A stretch of 64,000 bases of DNA, taken from the IMG/VR virus record IMGVR_UViG_3300027782_000037, positions 32,001 to 96,000 of that record; one strand, written 5' to 3'. Position numbers and translations under genes: made by a program. The notes under the pieces are model-generated. The model ran no database searches, was not told the DNA's origin, and saw only the letters and a program-made list of their open reading frames with translations. The first letter of the stretch is position 1, and every line of letters begins with the position of its first letter. Below are positions 47,028 to 56,577 of this stretch, piece after piece. This DNA comes from a virus.

Positions 47028-48170
47028 TTACCAAGCCTTTAGGATAACCAAATTATCATTGCCACGCCCATTCCACTTGATTTCTGTGGCCTTGATATCC
47101 TTAAATGCCTTTCTAGCAGCAGGTTTACCCACGCTCATAATGGCCTTTAATTGCTCCTTGGGCTTGCGCAGAGTCTTTTGTACCGTGGTAACAGCATCAA
47201 ATGCAAGTAGGGTCGCTCCTTTGATGGTGAAAGTACCTGCATGTGAATCTGCGGTAACGTGTACCAATTTACGTTTAGCAGTATCGTATAAGAACGCTTC
47301 TGTTGCACCAACCAGGCTAACCGGAGATTGTGATTTAAGTCCTAATTCTGCAAATTCCTTAAGGTATTTAAAATTCATTGCAATACGCTCGGGACTCTGC
47401 GCCTTTTTAGCACGTGGCTTACGTTCTACTTTCTTCAGAGAAATATAGGATTGGCAGTCAGCCAGGAGAGCTTCACAGAATTTTACACAGTTTCGCAGTT
47501 GTACCTTGCTAAGGTGGCTATAGCCTTCCACCAGTTGAGAATCCTTGCCTTCCACAACTTCTTCCAGTTCCGCTAACCGCAATTTCCACGGGGCGGTGAT
47601 AAAACCAATCATGTTAGGTGCAATATTCATACCACGAATTAAGGGCATATGCTTGACGTTGGCTGTCATTTTTGCGCCAGATTCAATAAAATCATCGTAC
47701 ATAGCTTCAAGTTCTGCTGCACATTCCGATGCTTTTTCACGCAGATGATCCTGGATTGTCAGCTTTTTCTGGGCAGCAACATCCTGACTTGATGCAGCAA
47801 CTTCTTGTTGTTTAGCAGCCAATAGTTTAGTAAGATGCTCATCCAAGATAGATTGTTCATGTTCGTTGAGAACCAATCCCATAAGCGACATTCTGCAGAT
47901 CCAGCCGGTAGTGGTTAATACGTGGGCGTCGGAGATGCCGCGTAACAGTTTCACTTCCCGAGTTTTCTTGTGCCATTCCAGGTAATGGATAATCATTTCC
48001 CTAGCATCCTTACGGGTGCAGGAATAATTATACCAATTAAGTGCTTTACTTAGGGCACCTACTCGATCTTCATCCTTGGGTTGCGTAACCCATTCTGGCT
48101 CGGGACCGGTAAATTTGGCGTCCTCGCCTCTATTGATAATACGTTTAAGTGTGGGTAGTGTCTTTGCCAT
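47028..48170 (-). CDS. Conserved hypothetical protein of T4-like phages
   Basis: ALNWYNY...FLYDTAKRKL...KTLRKP...NGRGN; SD AAGG. Confidence 0.75.
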   Translation of the reverse strand: MAKTLPTLKRIINRGEDAKFTGPEPEWVTQPKDEDRVGALSKALNWYNYSCTRKDAREMIIHYLEWHKKTREVKLLRGISDAHVLTTTGWICRMSLMGLVLNEHEQSILDEHLTKLLAAKQQEVAASSQDVAAQKKLTIQDHLREKASECAAELEAMYDDFIESGAKMTANVKHMPLIRGMNIAPNMIGFITAPWKLRLAELEEVVEGKDSQLVEGYSHLSKVQLRNCVKFCEALLADCQSYISLKKVERKPRAKKAQSPERIAMNFKYLKEFAELGLKSQSPVSLVGATEAFLYDTAKRKLVHVTADSHAGTFTIKGATLLAFDAVTTVQKTLRKPKEQLKAIMSVGKPAARKAFKDIKATEIKWNGRGNDNLVILKAW

Positions 48171-48200
48171 GATGTATTGTACCTTTAAAGTTAAAAAATG

Positions 48201-48482
48201 TCAACGTAATAGTAATGCAAGAGTAATGTGTTGTTCCAAACTACTCAACAGAATGTCAGTTGATACTAATAAATCTCGATATCGGTTGGTTTCCTTTTTG
48301 AGGCGTCTACATTCTACCGACTCCCTACTTATTTCCCGCATAACTGAATCAATATTTACGATCATTTTCTTCAGATCCCGCAGAGCCACTTTGTTTTTTA
48401 CCCTAACCAGCTGATTTTCCGCTGTTGATAATCGTTCCATCAAATCATGTTGTCCGTAATTGAAAGTGTTTATTTCATCCAT
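48201..48482 (-). CDS. Hypothetical helical protein (start corrected to 48482)
   Basis: The ATG lies 6 nt after a perfect -10 element; the track's start falls inside the promoter. Confidence 0.7.
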   Translation of the reverse strand: MDEINTFNYGQHDLMERLSTAENQLVRVKNKVALRDLKKMIVNIDSVMREISRESVECRRLKKETNRYRDLLVSTDILLSSLEQHITLALLLR

Positions 48483-48488
48483 ATAGTA

Positions 48489-48517
48489 ATTATACATATT
48501 TGGGTATTAAATGTCAA
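48489..48517 (-). promoter_or_regulatory. Perfect sigma70 promoter, predicted leaderless; back-to-back with a + strand late promoter (TAAATA 48531-48536)
   Basis: TTGACA-17 nt-TATAAT-6 nt-ATG. Confidence 0.85.
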
Positions 48518-48543
48518 ATGGTATTTTAGCTAAATACTCGACT

Positions 48544-49896
48544 ATGCCTAGACTCAGCCTATACCGCCCAAATCGAACCTACGACTATCAATTTTTGGAT
48601 AGAACCATATCCGAAAAGTATACTGTTGGTGGCGTCGACGTATTTGTACACAAATACATGGGGCCGATTGTGGACACAACCGACAATCCCGGCAACGCCG
48701 ATGCCACTTTGCCCGTGTACACTTCTGAAAATCCTTTGTTTATTGAGGACTTATTGCTGCTGGAAAACCGAGACAGAGCGTACGACCCCAACATTTACAT
48801 CATGCGGGGCGTCTATACACACCAGGATATCAATTTTGATTTGACTCAATTTGGATTGTTCCTGCAGAACGACACGCTATATATTACGTTTCACTACAAC
48901 GATATGATTGATTCGTATGGGCGTAAATTGATGACTGGTGACGTGCTGGAATTACCAAATTTGAAAGATTACTATCCCTTAAACAGTAATATTACTAGAG
49001 CATTGCCCAAATATTATGTTATACAAGGTGCTGATTACGCTACTGAAGGCATGAGTCAAACGTGGTTGCCACACACTTGGCGAGTCAAGGCCACTCCCAT
49101 GGTGAACGCACAAGAATACAAGCAGATCATGGATCAAACACTGATGCCGGACAATATCTGGGATAACGGAAACTTTTACCCCCAGGGTATGGTAGTGAAC
49201 AACGGGGGAAAATATTATGAAGCCACACTCAATGTTCCTCCCGGTACTGACATTACCGATCCTAAATACTGGGCGTTGATTGAGAAACCAACTACCCTAG
49301 GTGACGTCAATTCAACACGCAACAAAGACCTACAGATCAATGATGCGCTGGTAGTACAGGCTAATATAGATGTGCCTCAGTCAGGTTACGACAATACTGC
49401 GTTTTATATATTACCCACTACCCCCAGCGGAGAACCCAGCAGTGAAGGGCTAAGTGCTGATCAAACTGGGCCCACTGTAGATGGAACGGAATCAGGTGAA
49501 GGTACAACGCCACGTAGTTTTGGATGGACCATGGGATACTTGACTGGTGATAACAAGGCGCCCAACGGACTGCCAGTTACTCCCGGAGCCAGCTTCCCGT
49601 TAGTGCCCGCAGCCGGTGATTATTGCTTGAGAATGGATTATTTTCCTAATCGACTGTTCCGTTTCAACGGCACAGCGTGGATTGCCATCAGTGATGATGT
49701 GCGTACACCATTAGATTGGGGTCCGGAAAATCTTACACAACGCAGTTCGTTTGTCAATAATACATATACTGTACCCACTAAAGATCAAGGTAATATTCCT
49801 TCCCGTCAGTCGTTATCCGAATTACTTAAACCACAAGCTGATAATGGTGACCAAGGTGGAAACTTACCACCTAACCCAAGACCTCCAGGTCGATAA
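48544..49896 (+). CDS. Neck or head-closure protein (gp14-like) with a CBM5/12-like insert (start corrected to 48544)
   Basis: GGVDVFVHKY, DLTQFGLFL, GDVLELP; insert WDNGNFYPQGMVV...KYW. Confidence 0.75.
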   Translation: MPRLSLYRPNRTYDYQFLDRTISEKYTVGGVDVFVHKYMGPIVDTTDNPGNADATLPVYTSENPLFIEDLLLLENRDRAYDPNIYIMRGVYTHQDINFDLTQFGLFLQNDTLYITFHYNDMIDSYGRKLMTGDVLELPNLKDYYPLNSNITRALPKYYVIQGADYATEGMSQTWLPHTWRVKATPMVNAQEYKQIMDQTLMPDNIWDNGNFYPQGMVVNNGGKYYEATLNVPPGTDITDPKYWALIEKPTTLGDVNSTRNKDLQINDALVVQANIDVPQSGYDNTAFYILPTTPSGEPSSEGLSADQTGPTVDGTESGEGTTPRSFGWTMGYLTGDNKAPNGLPVTPGASFPLVPAAGDYCLRMDYFPNRLFRFNGTAWIAISDDVRTPLDWGPENLTQRSSFVNNTYTVPTKDQGNIPSRQSLSELLKPQADNGDQGGNLPPNPRPPGR

Positions 49897-49907
49897 GGAG
49901 AATTAAA

Positions 49908-51308
49908 ATTCAAAGTTATTTCTACGACGGACAAATACGCCGCTACCTAACACAATTCGCCCGTATGTTTTCAGGATTCCAAGTGGAATTCGGGCGCAAC
50001 GAAGCTGGTGCAGCCAATACAGGTGACACATTATACCGTGTGCCGATTAGATACGGCGACAGTACACGGCAAGCTCAGACTATTTTACAAGAGAATAGTG
50101 CTAGTAATATGCCAGCTACTCCCTTGATGACATTTTGGATTACAGGCTTGGACTTTGATCGTCCTCGTATGCAGAATCCCACGTATGTGGACAACAAATC
50201 TATTCGTCAACGCGAATATGATCCCACCACCGGCTTGTATGAAACAACACAGGGCAATGCATTTACAGTCGAACGGTATATGCCTGCACCATACAAACTA
50301 TCCATCAATCTTGATATTTGGACATCAAATACCAATCAGAAGATGCAGATTTTAGAACAGATTTTACCCTTGTTTAACCCCAGTTTGGAAATACAAAGTA
50401 CAGATAATTATTTGGACTGGACTAGTTTAAGTATTGTGGAATTAGTATCGGCTGGGTGGAGTAGTAAACAAATTCCCGTAGGAACAGAAGATCCTATTGA
50501 GATCAGCACTATTAAATTTGTACTGCCAGTATGGTTATCCTTACCCGCCAAGGTCAAGAAGCTGGGCGTGGTGGAAACTATTATTGCTTCAATATATGAC
50601 GGATCAGGTGATTTAGTCAACGCTATCGCCGACAGTGATCTACTACTGGGCACACGTCAGTACATTACGCCTTTTGGTTATCAAGTAGTGCTAATTGGCA
50701 ATAAATTACAAGTACTGACACAGTCTGCGGTGGTTGATTCGACCAATAATCAGTTGACACCGCCTGATCCTGTTGAGCCCAGCAATGTATTATGGACACC
50801 AGTTTTAAATATGTATGGTGGAATTCGGCAGGGAATTAGTTTGATAGCACTACGTCAGGAAGATGGTAGTCAAGTCTATGGTACTATAACTTTTGATCCC
50901 ACTAATGACCAATTTCTACTGTATTCCGTAATCGAAGACAGCGTTCCTGCCAATACACTTGCACCAGTTAACTCGGTAATTAATCCTCGTGTCAGTGGTC
51001 CCGGTCAAGGATTGCCTACTGCTGCGGCTGGTCAACGTTATCTATTAACTGAATCTACCGGCAGTGACAATGGGTACGCACAAGCCTGGGCAGGTTCCAT
51101 GGGACAGATATTAGTCGCCCATCCCAATGACATTATAGAATATGATGGCGCACAATGGATAGTTTCTTTTAATGGTGACTCTAGTCCTGTAAATACTCAG
51201 TACGTGGCCAATATAACTACAGAGATCCAATATCGGTGGACAGGTTATAATTGGGTCAAGTCATATCAAGGGTTATATCCAGGTGGAGAATGGAGTCTTA
51301 TAATTTAA
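49908..51308 (+). CDS. Tail sheath stabilizer/terminator (gp15-like), probable ATT start
   Basis: SD AAGGAG-7 nt-ATT giving (M)QSYFYDGQIRRYLTQFARMFS; RVPIRYG, MPAPY, QILEQILPLFNP. Confidence 0.85.
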   Translation: MQSYFYDGQIRRYLTQFARMFSGFQVEFGRNEAGAANTGDTLYRVPIRYGDSTRQAQTILQENSASNMPATPLMTFWITGLDFDRPRMQNPTYVDNKSIRQREYDPTTGLYETTQGNAFTVERYMPAPYKLSINLDIWTSNTNQKMQILEQILPLFNPSLEIQSTDNYLDWTSLSIVELVSAGWSSKQIPVGTEDPIEISTIKFVLPVWLSLPAKVKKLGVVETIIASIYDGSGDLVNAIADSDLLLGTRQYITPFGYQVVLIGNKLQVLTQSAVVDSTNNQLTPPDPVEPSNVLWTPVLNMYGGIRQGISLIALRQEDGSQVYGTITFDPTNDQFLLYSVIEDSVPANTLAPVNSVINPRVSGPGQGLPTAAAGQRYLLTESTGSDNGYAQAWAGSMGQILVAHPNDIIEYDGAQWIVSFNGDSSPVNTQYVANITTEIQYRWTGYNWVKSYQGLYPGGEWSLII

Positions 51309-51739
51309 AAACTGTTTCAGCAGTTGGTATTTGGTTTTATAGCCAAGCCACAAATCGTTATCTATATCTTATTCGCAATGACCCCAAACATCCAGATTCC
51401 TGGGGATTACCCGGGGGTAAAATAGAATCAGGTGAAAGTATCATGGCCGCCATGGTACGTGAATGTGAAGAAGAACTGGGGGCAATGCCTGATTATATTC
51501 GACTGATACCTCTGGAAAAATTTACATCAGCTGATAATGGATTTTGTTATAACACATTTTTCTGTGTGGTCACTGGTGAATTTACTCCGGTATTGAATGA
51601 CGAACACTTGGGTTATGCTTGGATTGATTCGGGCACATGGCCCAAACCACTTCACCCTGGGCTATGGAGTACCGTAAATTTTGAAGCAGTGCGCAGTAAA
51701 ATAGCGGTGATTCAATCACAACTTCAGACATCACAGTGA
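51290..51739 (+). CDS. NUDIX hydrolase
   Basis: Nudix box WGLPGGKIESGESIMAAMVRECEEELG. Confidence 0.92.
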   Translation: MESYNLKTVSAVGIWFYSQATNRYLYLIRNDPKHPDSWGLPGGKIESGESIMAAMVRECEEELGAMPDYIRLIPLEKFTSADNGFCYNTFFCVVTGEFTPVLNDEHLGYAWIDSGTWPKPLHPGLWSTVNFEAVRSKIAVIQSQLQTSQ

Positions 51740-52386
51740 CAGACAAAGTCCCTATGATCCATGGTGCGGGTGTTGGGTAGAGATAACCAATCGGCGGGCA
51801 TATTATGTTTATTACCCACAAAAGTAAATATTGTGTTGCTGTATGACTCTACAATCCCTGTAACTTGTCTTATCCAGTCGCTAGTTCCCGAGGGCATTTC
51901 TTTGTTGTACCCTAGGGTATAAATTTCCGTGTGTCCGTCAAATGCTGCAAGGTAAATGGGTAATACTTCCGTACATATTGCGGGCTGTAGTGGAATCAAA
52001 TAAAATTCGCCAGGTTGACGAATACAATTTCTAGAGGTGGTATATACAATATTACTGGCGGAATATTGATTTTCCACCAAGGGCTGTAGGTTGTTGATGT
52101 CAGTATCTACTGTAAAATCCAATCGCATCTGCTGTGCAATTTTGGCTGTCCCATATGTCTGTAGCTTTAAACTACCCAGCAACCCACCACGATGAGTTGA
52201 TAATACTCGATGATTGAATTTTTCTTGGTCATCATCACTGCCTATAGCCACGGCACGACCCGAGATATGTTGATTAACAATCGGGTTATCAATCCATGCT
52301 TGGGTTATCTGTTTTTTACCACCAGAAAATTTAGTTTCTGTAATTACCAACTCGCCTGGATAATCCTTTCTGTATCTAGCTTCCAT
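51724..52386 (-). CDS. Hypothetical protein with a Rossmann-like glycosyltransferase/MptE-like pattern, apparently degenerate (start 52386)
   Basis: AVAIGS...LQTYG...YLAAFDGHTEIYTLGY. Confidence 0.5.
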   Translation of the reverse strand: MEARYRKDYPGELVITETKFSGGKKQITQAWIDNPIVNQHISGRAVAIGSDDDQEKFNHRVLSTHRGGLLGSLKLQTYGTAKIAQQMRLDFTVDTDINNLQPLVENQYSASNIVYTTSRNCIRQPGEFYLIPLQPAICTEVLPIYLAAFDGHTEIYTLGYNKEMPSGTSDWIRQVTGIVESYSNTIFTFVGNKHNMPADWLSLPNTRTMDHRDFVCHCDV

Positions 52387-52387
52387 A

Positions 52388-52768
52388 TTATTGAATATAC
52401 TCAACCCATGATAATGTTGCTTCATCCCAATAATATAAATTTCCATCAGTGGGATATGGAACTGGTGACGACCATAACCAAGTTGGGGCTGATATACTCC
52501 AACTAGGATAAGGTTGTGGAGCATAAAATACATCATTTATGTCGTCATATGTGTATCCAATTCCAGCATAATTTGCCCGTAATGCTTTAGATTGATCAGG
52601 GCCAGGTTCTCTGGGATAAACATTTGGAACGTAATAAATTCCACCTTCAGTATTATAACTGGTTTGTACCCAAAGTTCACCTGTTGATGAGTACGATGAA
52701 GATTGTTCTTCAGTAACTGACATTACTTCAGTTACTATGTTATTTTCTACTTTAGCGTAATATGGCAT
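52388..52768 (-). CDS. Tail-fibre-associated small protein (start 52768)
   Basis: YAKVENNIVTEV, WVQTSYN, RANYAGIGYTYD, PQPYPSW; follows a Gly-rich fibre gene. Confidence 0.7.
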   Translation of the reverse strand: MPYYAKVENNIVTEVMSVTEEQSSSYSSTGELWVQTSYNTEGGIYYVPNVYPREPGPDQSKALRANYAGIGYTYDDINDVFYAPQPYPSWSISAPTWLWSSPVPYPTDGNLYYWDEATLSWVEYIQ

Positions 52769-52784
52769 TTTAATTTCCGTATCT

Positions 52785-53855
52785 TTATGCTGTGTAAACA
52801 GTATTAGCAGTAAATCCCAGCACAATAGCTGTGCCTGTGTTGGCGTATGTATACGTTCCGCTTACATTACCATTACCCGGATAATTAGCGATAGGAATAG
52901 ATATAACTATAACACCAGATCCGCCAGCACCGCCTGTGCCGTTGTTAGCACCACCACCACCACCACCGGTGTTGACTGTGCCTGCTACTCCGGTATTTCC
53001 CCCGCCACCGTTACCGCCTGTACTAGTTGTCGCTGATCCTGCTGCTCCGCCGCCTGCTAGCCAGTAGTTACCAGAGATTAATTGGCCAGCTGTTGAACCT
53101 GGAATCTGATTAATTATGCCAACTCCACCTGACGCTGTACTTGCTCCATTTGCACCTACACCACCTGCACCACCACCGCCGCAGAATACTGCACTGGAGT
53201 TTGATCCACCATTAAAACCTTGGCCAGGAATTCCAGGACTTAATGCTCCATACGAGCCATAGTTATTTTGACCGCCTAACCCGCCGCCAGAACCTCCTAC
53301 GTTTGCCCCTGGCCCAGCGCCGGATCCACCACCACCTGATCCGCCAATTGCTGTGATTCGTGATAATGATCCTGTTCCAAATGTACTATTTGATCCAGCT
53401 GTGCCAGGACCCGATGATGTGCCACCTGCACCGCCTGCTCCTATGTTGGCAGTATAAGCAGTACCTGGATTTAATGTGTATGCTGCAAAAGACGCGACAC
53501 CGCCTGCTCCGCCACCGCCACCTAAAAATGCACCACCGCCTCCACCACCTGCGACTACAGCCACAATTATATTGTAAGCTGCTGCGCCGGTATTAATATT
53601 TGCCCACGCTCCGTTGGTATACGCTTCTAGTAAGTTTGATGTGTTACTATATCTAATCATACCGTTAGCAGGACTTGCGGGTCGTTGTGCTGTATTACCC
53701 ACGTTTAGAGTAATAGCACCTGTGCTGTTTGCCGTAATATTTTGACTATTATTGATATGTAATGCTGCTGTTCCGTTAGTTTGAAACTGTAAATTACCAC
53801 TGTTATCTACAGTTTCTACTAAACCTGAACTATTTGCGTTGATTATTGTTGTCAT
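52785..53855 (-). CDS. Glycine-rich tail fibre or adhesin
   Basis: N-terminal anchor (GNTAQRP...GMIRY) followed by VAGGGGGG...GGSGVIVI polyglycine domain. Confidence 0.75.
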   Translation of the reverse strand: MTTIINANSSGLVETVDNSGNLQFQTNGTAALHINNSQNITANSTGAITLNVGNTAQRPASPANGMIRYSNTSNLLEAYTNGAWANINTGAAAYNIIVAVVAGGGGGGAFLGGGGGAGGVASFAAYTLNPGTAYTANIGAGGAGGTSSGPGTAGSNSTFGTGSLSRITAIGGSGGGGSGAGPGANVGGSGGGLGGQNNYGSYGALSPGIPGQGFNGGSNSSAVFCGGGGAGGVGANGASTASGGVGIINQIPGSTAGQLISGNYWLAGGGAAGSATTSTGGNGGGGNTGVAGTVNTGGGGGGANNGTGGAGGSGVIVISIPIANYPGNGNVSGTYTYANTGTAIVLGFTANTVYTA

Positions 53856-54130
53856 GATATATTAGCCCATGCTGAATTTATATATCCTTCAAGTTTTGAC
53901 GTAGTGGTATTGTATCTAATCATACCATTTGCTGCGGGGGAAGGACGTTGTGCTGTATTACCAACTGGAACTGTAAATGCACCTGTTGAGTTGAATATTA
54001 TGTTTTGACTTGTGTTAATTGTTAATGCTGTGTTACCATTTGTTTGAAGTGTGAGGTTACCAGTGGCATCTCCTGATTTGGTAAGAGTGCCAACAGTTGC
54101 GTCTGATTGTAAGTTTATAATTGATGCCAT
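53852..54130 (-). CDS. Stand-alone fibre anchor module, paralog of the N-terminus of the neighbouring gene
   Basis: Shares QTNG..AL.IN.SQNI..NSTGA..VGNTAQRP..ANGMIRY..AWANI; TAAATA-5 nt-ATG. Confidence 0.75.
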   Translation of the reverse strand: MASIINLQSDATVGTLTKSGDATGNLTLQTNGNTALTINTSQNIIFNSTGAFTVPVGNTAQRPSPAANGMIRYNTTTSKLEGYINSAWANIS

Positions 54131-54182
54131 ACTGGTATTTAGCTGATATTAGCTGGATTAATTATTACTGCCTTATACAAAA

Positions 54183-55745
54183 TTATACAAAAAAGAAGAA
54201 GTTTGTAGAATTACTGGTTGTAAACACTATCACAATGGCGCCGCCGCCGCCAGCACCACCGCCCAAGATGGTGCCACCCCCGCCGCCACCAAAGCTACCG
54301 CCTGTGCCCCCAGGATAACCGCCACCGCCGCCTCCTGCACCTGCGCCAGCACCTGCTGAAGTTAGTTCTGTGCCTGCGGCACCTGAGCCCGCCGCGGTGA
54401 AACCGGAGACACCTGCACCACCAAGACTTCCACCTCCACCATTACCACCGTTGTTTGTGCCAGTTGCAGGTCCTCCTGCTTGTCCAGCTCCCAATGAACT
54501 GGCAGCTCCCCCACCTCCACCTGTTTTATTTGGTGTAGCAGCACTAGCAATACCATCACCACCAGCCCCGCCATTGAATGTGGCACCAATACCGCCAGCA
54601 CCTCCTGCAAATGTGGCACCCTGAACGCCGCCACCGCCACCACCAGCGGAATATGCACCAGCGTTAAATGTCGTGGACCCACCAGCACTACCATTGGCCA
54701 CGGTCGAGGGCGCCGCCCCACCAACTCCTATGCTGTAGGTAATTGTTGCTCCTGGAGTTGCAACAAAATTATTGATAACTGTACATCCACCGCCACCTCC
54801 ACCTGATGCTCCTGTGGTGGTGAGGTTAAATTGCTTCTGGGCTCCACTGCCACCGGCACCAAATAAAATAATTTGATTTTTATTGCTCCAATCATTGGGC
54901 ACCACAAAAGAAGAACCAGAGTCAAACAATGAGTTTGAAAAGTACGTAATTACAATAAGACCAGAGCTGGCACCACTTGGATTAGTTCCAGACCCAATAC
55001 CTCCGCCATATAAGCCAGAGGCACCAGCAAATGAAAAATTTGACGGTGAACCAAACCTTCCGCCGCCACCACCACCGCCAGATCCATAGTTTGTTGAGCC
55101 AGAAGACGTAGGGATAGTTGCAATATCAATACCATAACCGCCAGTTCCCGGAAACGCAGATTGACCAGAAGTCGTTGAATAACCCGCACCACCGCCTGCG
55201 CCGTTTGCGCCATTGCCTCCAAAACGATCTCCAGCAACACCACCTAATGTTCCATTAACAGAAGTACCTCCTCGACCTCCAGGATATGTATTTCCATTTC
55301 CACCTGCAGTGCCTCCTCCGTTGCCTCCGCCGCCGCCACCGTAAGTTCCACCTGCGCCACCTGCCCCACCAACTCCGCCGGGGCCACCCGCACCGCCACC
55401 ACCACCGCCTATCCCTGCCCCACCCGCACCGCCATTGAATGTGGATCCAATTCCTCCGGTTCCGTCGGCTTGCCCGCCTCCGGCTGACCATATGCCTAAG
55501 GTGGTGGCTGCACCATTGGTGTTGGCAGTTAGTAGGGAGCTCGTAGCGGAAAAATTTAAAACAGTTCCGGGTGTTAGTACTGCGTTAACTACACGAGTAT
55601 AACCACCGCCGCCTGCGCCATTGCTGTTTGCTGGAGGACAACCCCCTTGACCTATTAATTGAATAGTATTGTTAGTGTTGTTCCAGTCACCCGGTACAGT
55701 CCACGTCCCAGAACTTGATACAAGCACTACGTATCTAGTACTCAT
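54183..55745 (-). CDS. Glycine-rich fibre or adhesin with two tandem polyglycine domains
   Basis: SGTWTVPGDWN...GQGG and SGSSFVVPNDWS...GAGG; locally higher GC. Confidence 0.75.
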   Translation of the reverse strand: MSTRYVVLVSSSGTWTVPGDWNNTNNTIQLIGQGGCPPANSNGAGGGGYTRVVNAVLTPGTVLNFSATSSLLTANTNGAATTLGIWSAGGGQADGTGGIGSTFNGGAGGAGIGGGGGGAGGPGGVGGAGGAGGTYGGGGGGNGGGTAGGNGNTYPGGRGGTSVNGTLGGVAGDRFGGNGANGAGGGAGYSTTSGQSAFPGTGGYGIDIATIPTSSGSTNYGSGGGGGGGRFGSPSNFSFAGASGLYGGGIGSGTNPSGASSGLIVITYFSNSLFDSGSSFVVPNDWSNKNQIILFGAGGSGAQKQFNLTTTGASGGGGGGCTVINNFVATPGATITYSIGVGGAAPSTVANGSAGGSTTFNAGAYSAGGGGGGVQGATFAGGAGGIGATFNGGAGGDGIASAATPNKTGGGGGAASSLGAGQAGGPATGTNNGGNGGGGSLGGAGVSGFTAAGSGAAGTELTSAGAGAGAGGGGGGYPGGTGGSFGGGGGGTILGGGAGGGGAIVIVFTTSNSTNFFFFV

Positions 55746-56014
55746 TAAAAATTTTCCATGTATTGAGTGTAAAACGAATCAATAGTTTCATCATTTATTT
55801 CTGGTGTGTTTTCTTTAACTAATATTGTGAATTCTTCTTTGGTTAAAGGTACAGGCGCTAAAAATGGATTACCGTCCCATATTTCTCCGATTCTAACTAT
55901 AGCGTTACGCGGAACATCAATATATAAGTACGCAGTATCTTTTGCTGATTCATGCACTGCTACCACATGATTTTCAATCATATTAGTCATTTTGTTAATT
56001 ATTGCAACTGTCAT
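55745..56014 (-). CDS. Small tail-fibre-associated protein
   Basis: AIIN...IENHVV...IGEIWDG..F; SD AAGGA. Confidence 0.65.
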   Translation of the reverse strand: MTVAIINKMTNMIENHVVAVHESAKDTAYLYIDVPRNAIVRIGEIWDGNPFLAPVPLTKEEFTILVKENTPEINDETIDSFYTQYMENF

Positions 56015-56023
56015 AATTTTTCC

Positions 56024-56566
56024 TTACGAAGAAACTGTTACAGCAACAACGTCCCAAAACGCTACTTGAGAATTGTAGAGACAACCAATGTAATGTGTTT
56101 GCGTAATAACAGTGGTAGTAGGCAATGTTACTCCCACTGCTCTATACGCACCTGAAGTTGTTGTCCAAGTTAACGCTCTTGCTGTACCATCATCTTTAAT
56201 ACGTATCATTAATCTTTGCCCATCAGATGGTGTGCCTGATGGTGCTGCAATTGTTGCAGCAGTTGCCAATGCTGTTACGTTATATTGTGCAGATGTTGCT
56301 GTTGGTGTTATTGTTGTACTAGATGCAATTGAATTAATAACAGGAATAAAAACACCAGTTATAGTTCCAGTCGCTGATATATTGCCAGTGGTCGCCACTG
56401 TATTGTTAACGTTCATCAATACCTGTGATGAGGTTACGGAAGATCCACTCACAGCAACTTGCTTGTACAATCTATTTGTACTGACATCAAACCATTCGTC
56501 GCCCAGTTGTTGCCCACTGGGCTGAGTGTTGGCAGTACGATTTACAATATAAGCTCTACTGCTCAT
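56024..56566 (-). CDS. Virion fibre-type protein (start 56566)
   Basis: PSGQQLGDEWFD anchor; GTPSDGQRLMIRIKDDGTARALTW beta-sandwich. Confidence 0.7.
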   Translation of the reverse strand: MSSRAYIVNRTANTQPSGQQLGDEWFDVSTNRLYKQVAVSGSSVTSSQVLMNVNNTVATTGNISATGTITGVFIPVINSIASSTTITPTATSAQYNVTALATAATIAAPSGTPSDGQRLMIRIKDDGTARALTWTTTSGAYRAVGVTLPTTTVITQTHYIGCLYNSQVAFWDVVAVTVSS

Positions 56567-56577
56567 TATCCGTGTCC

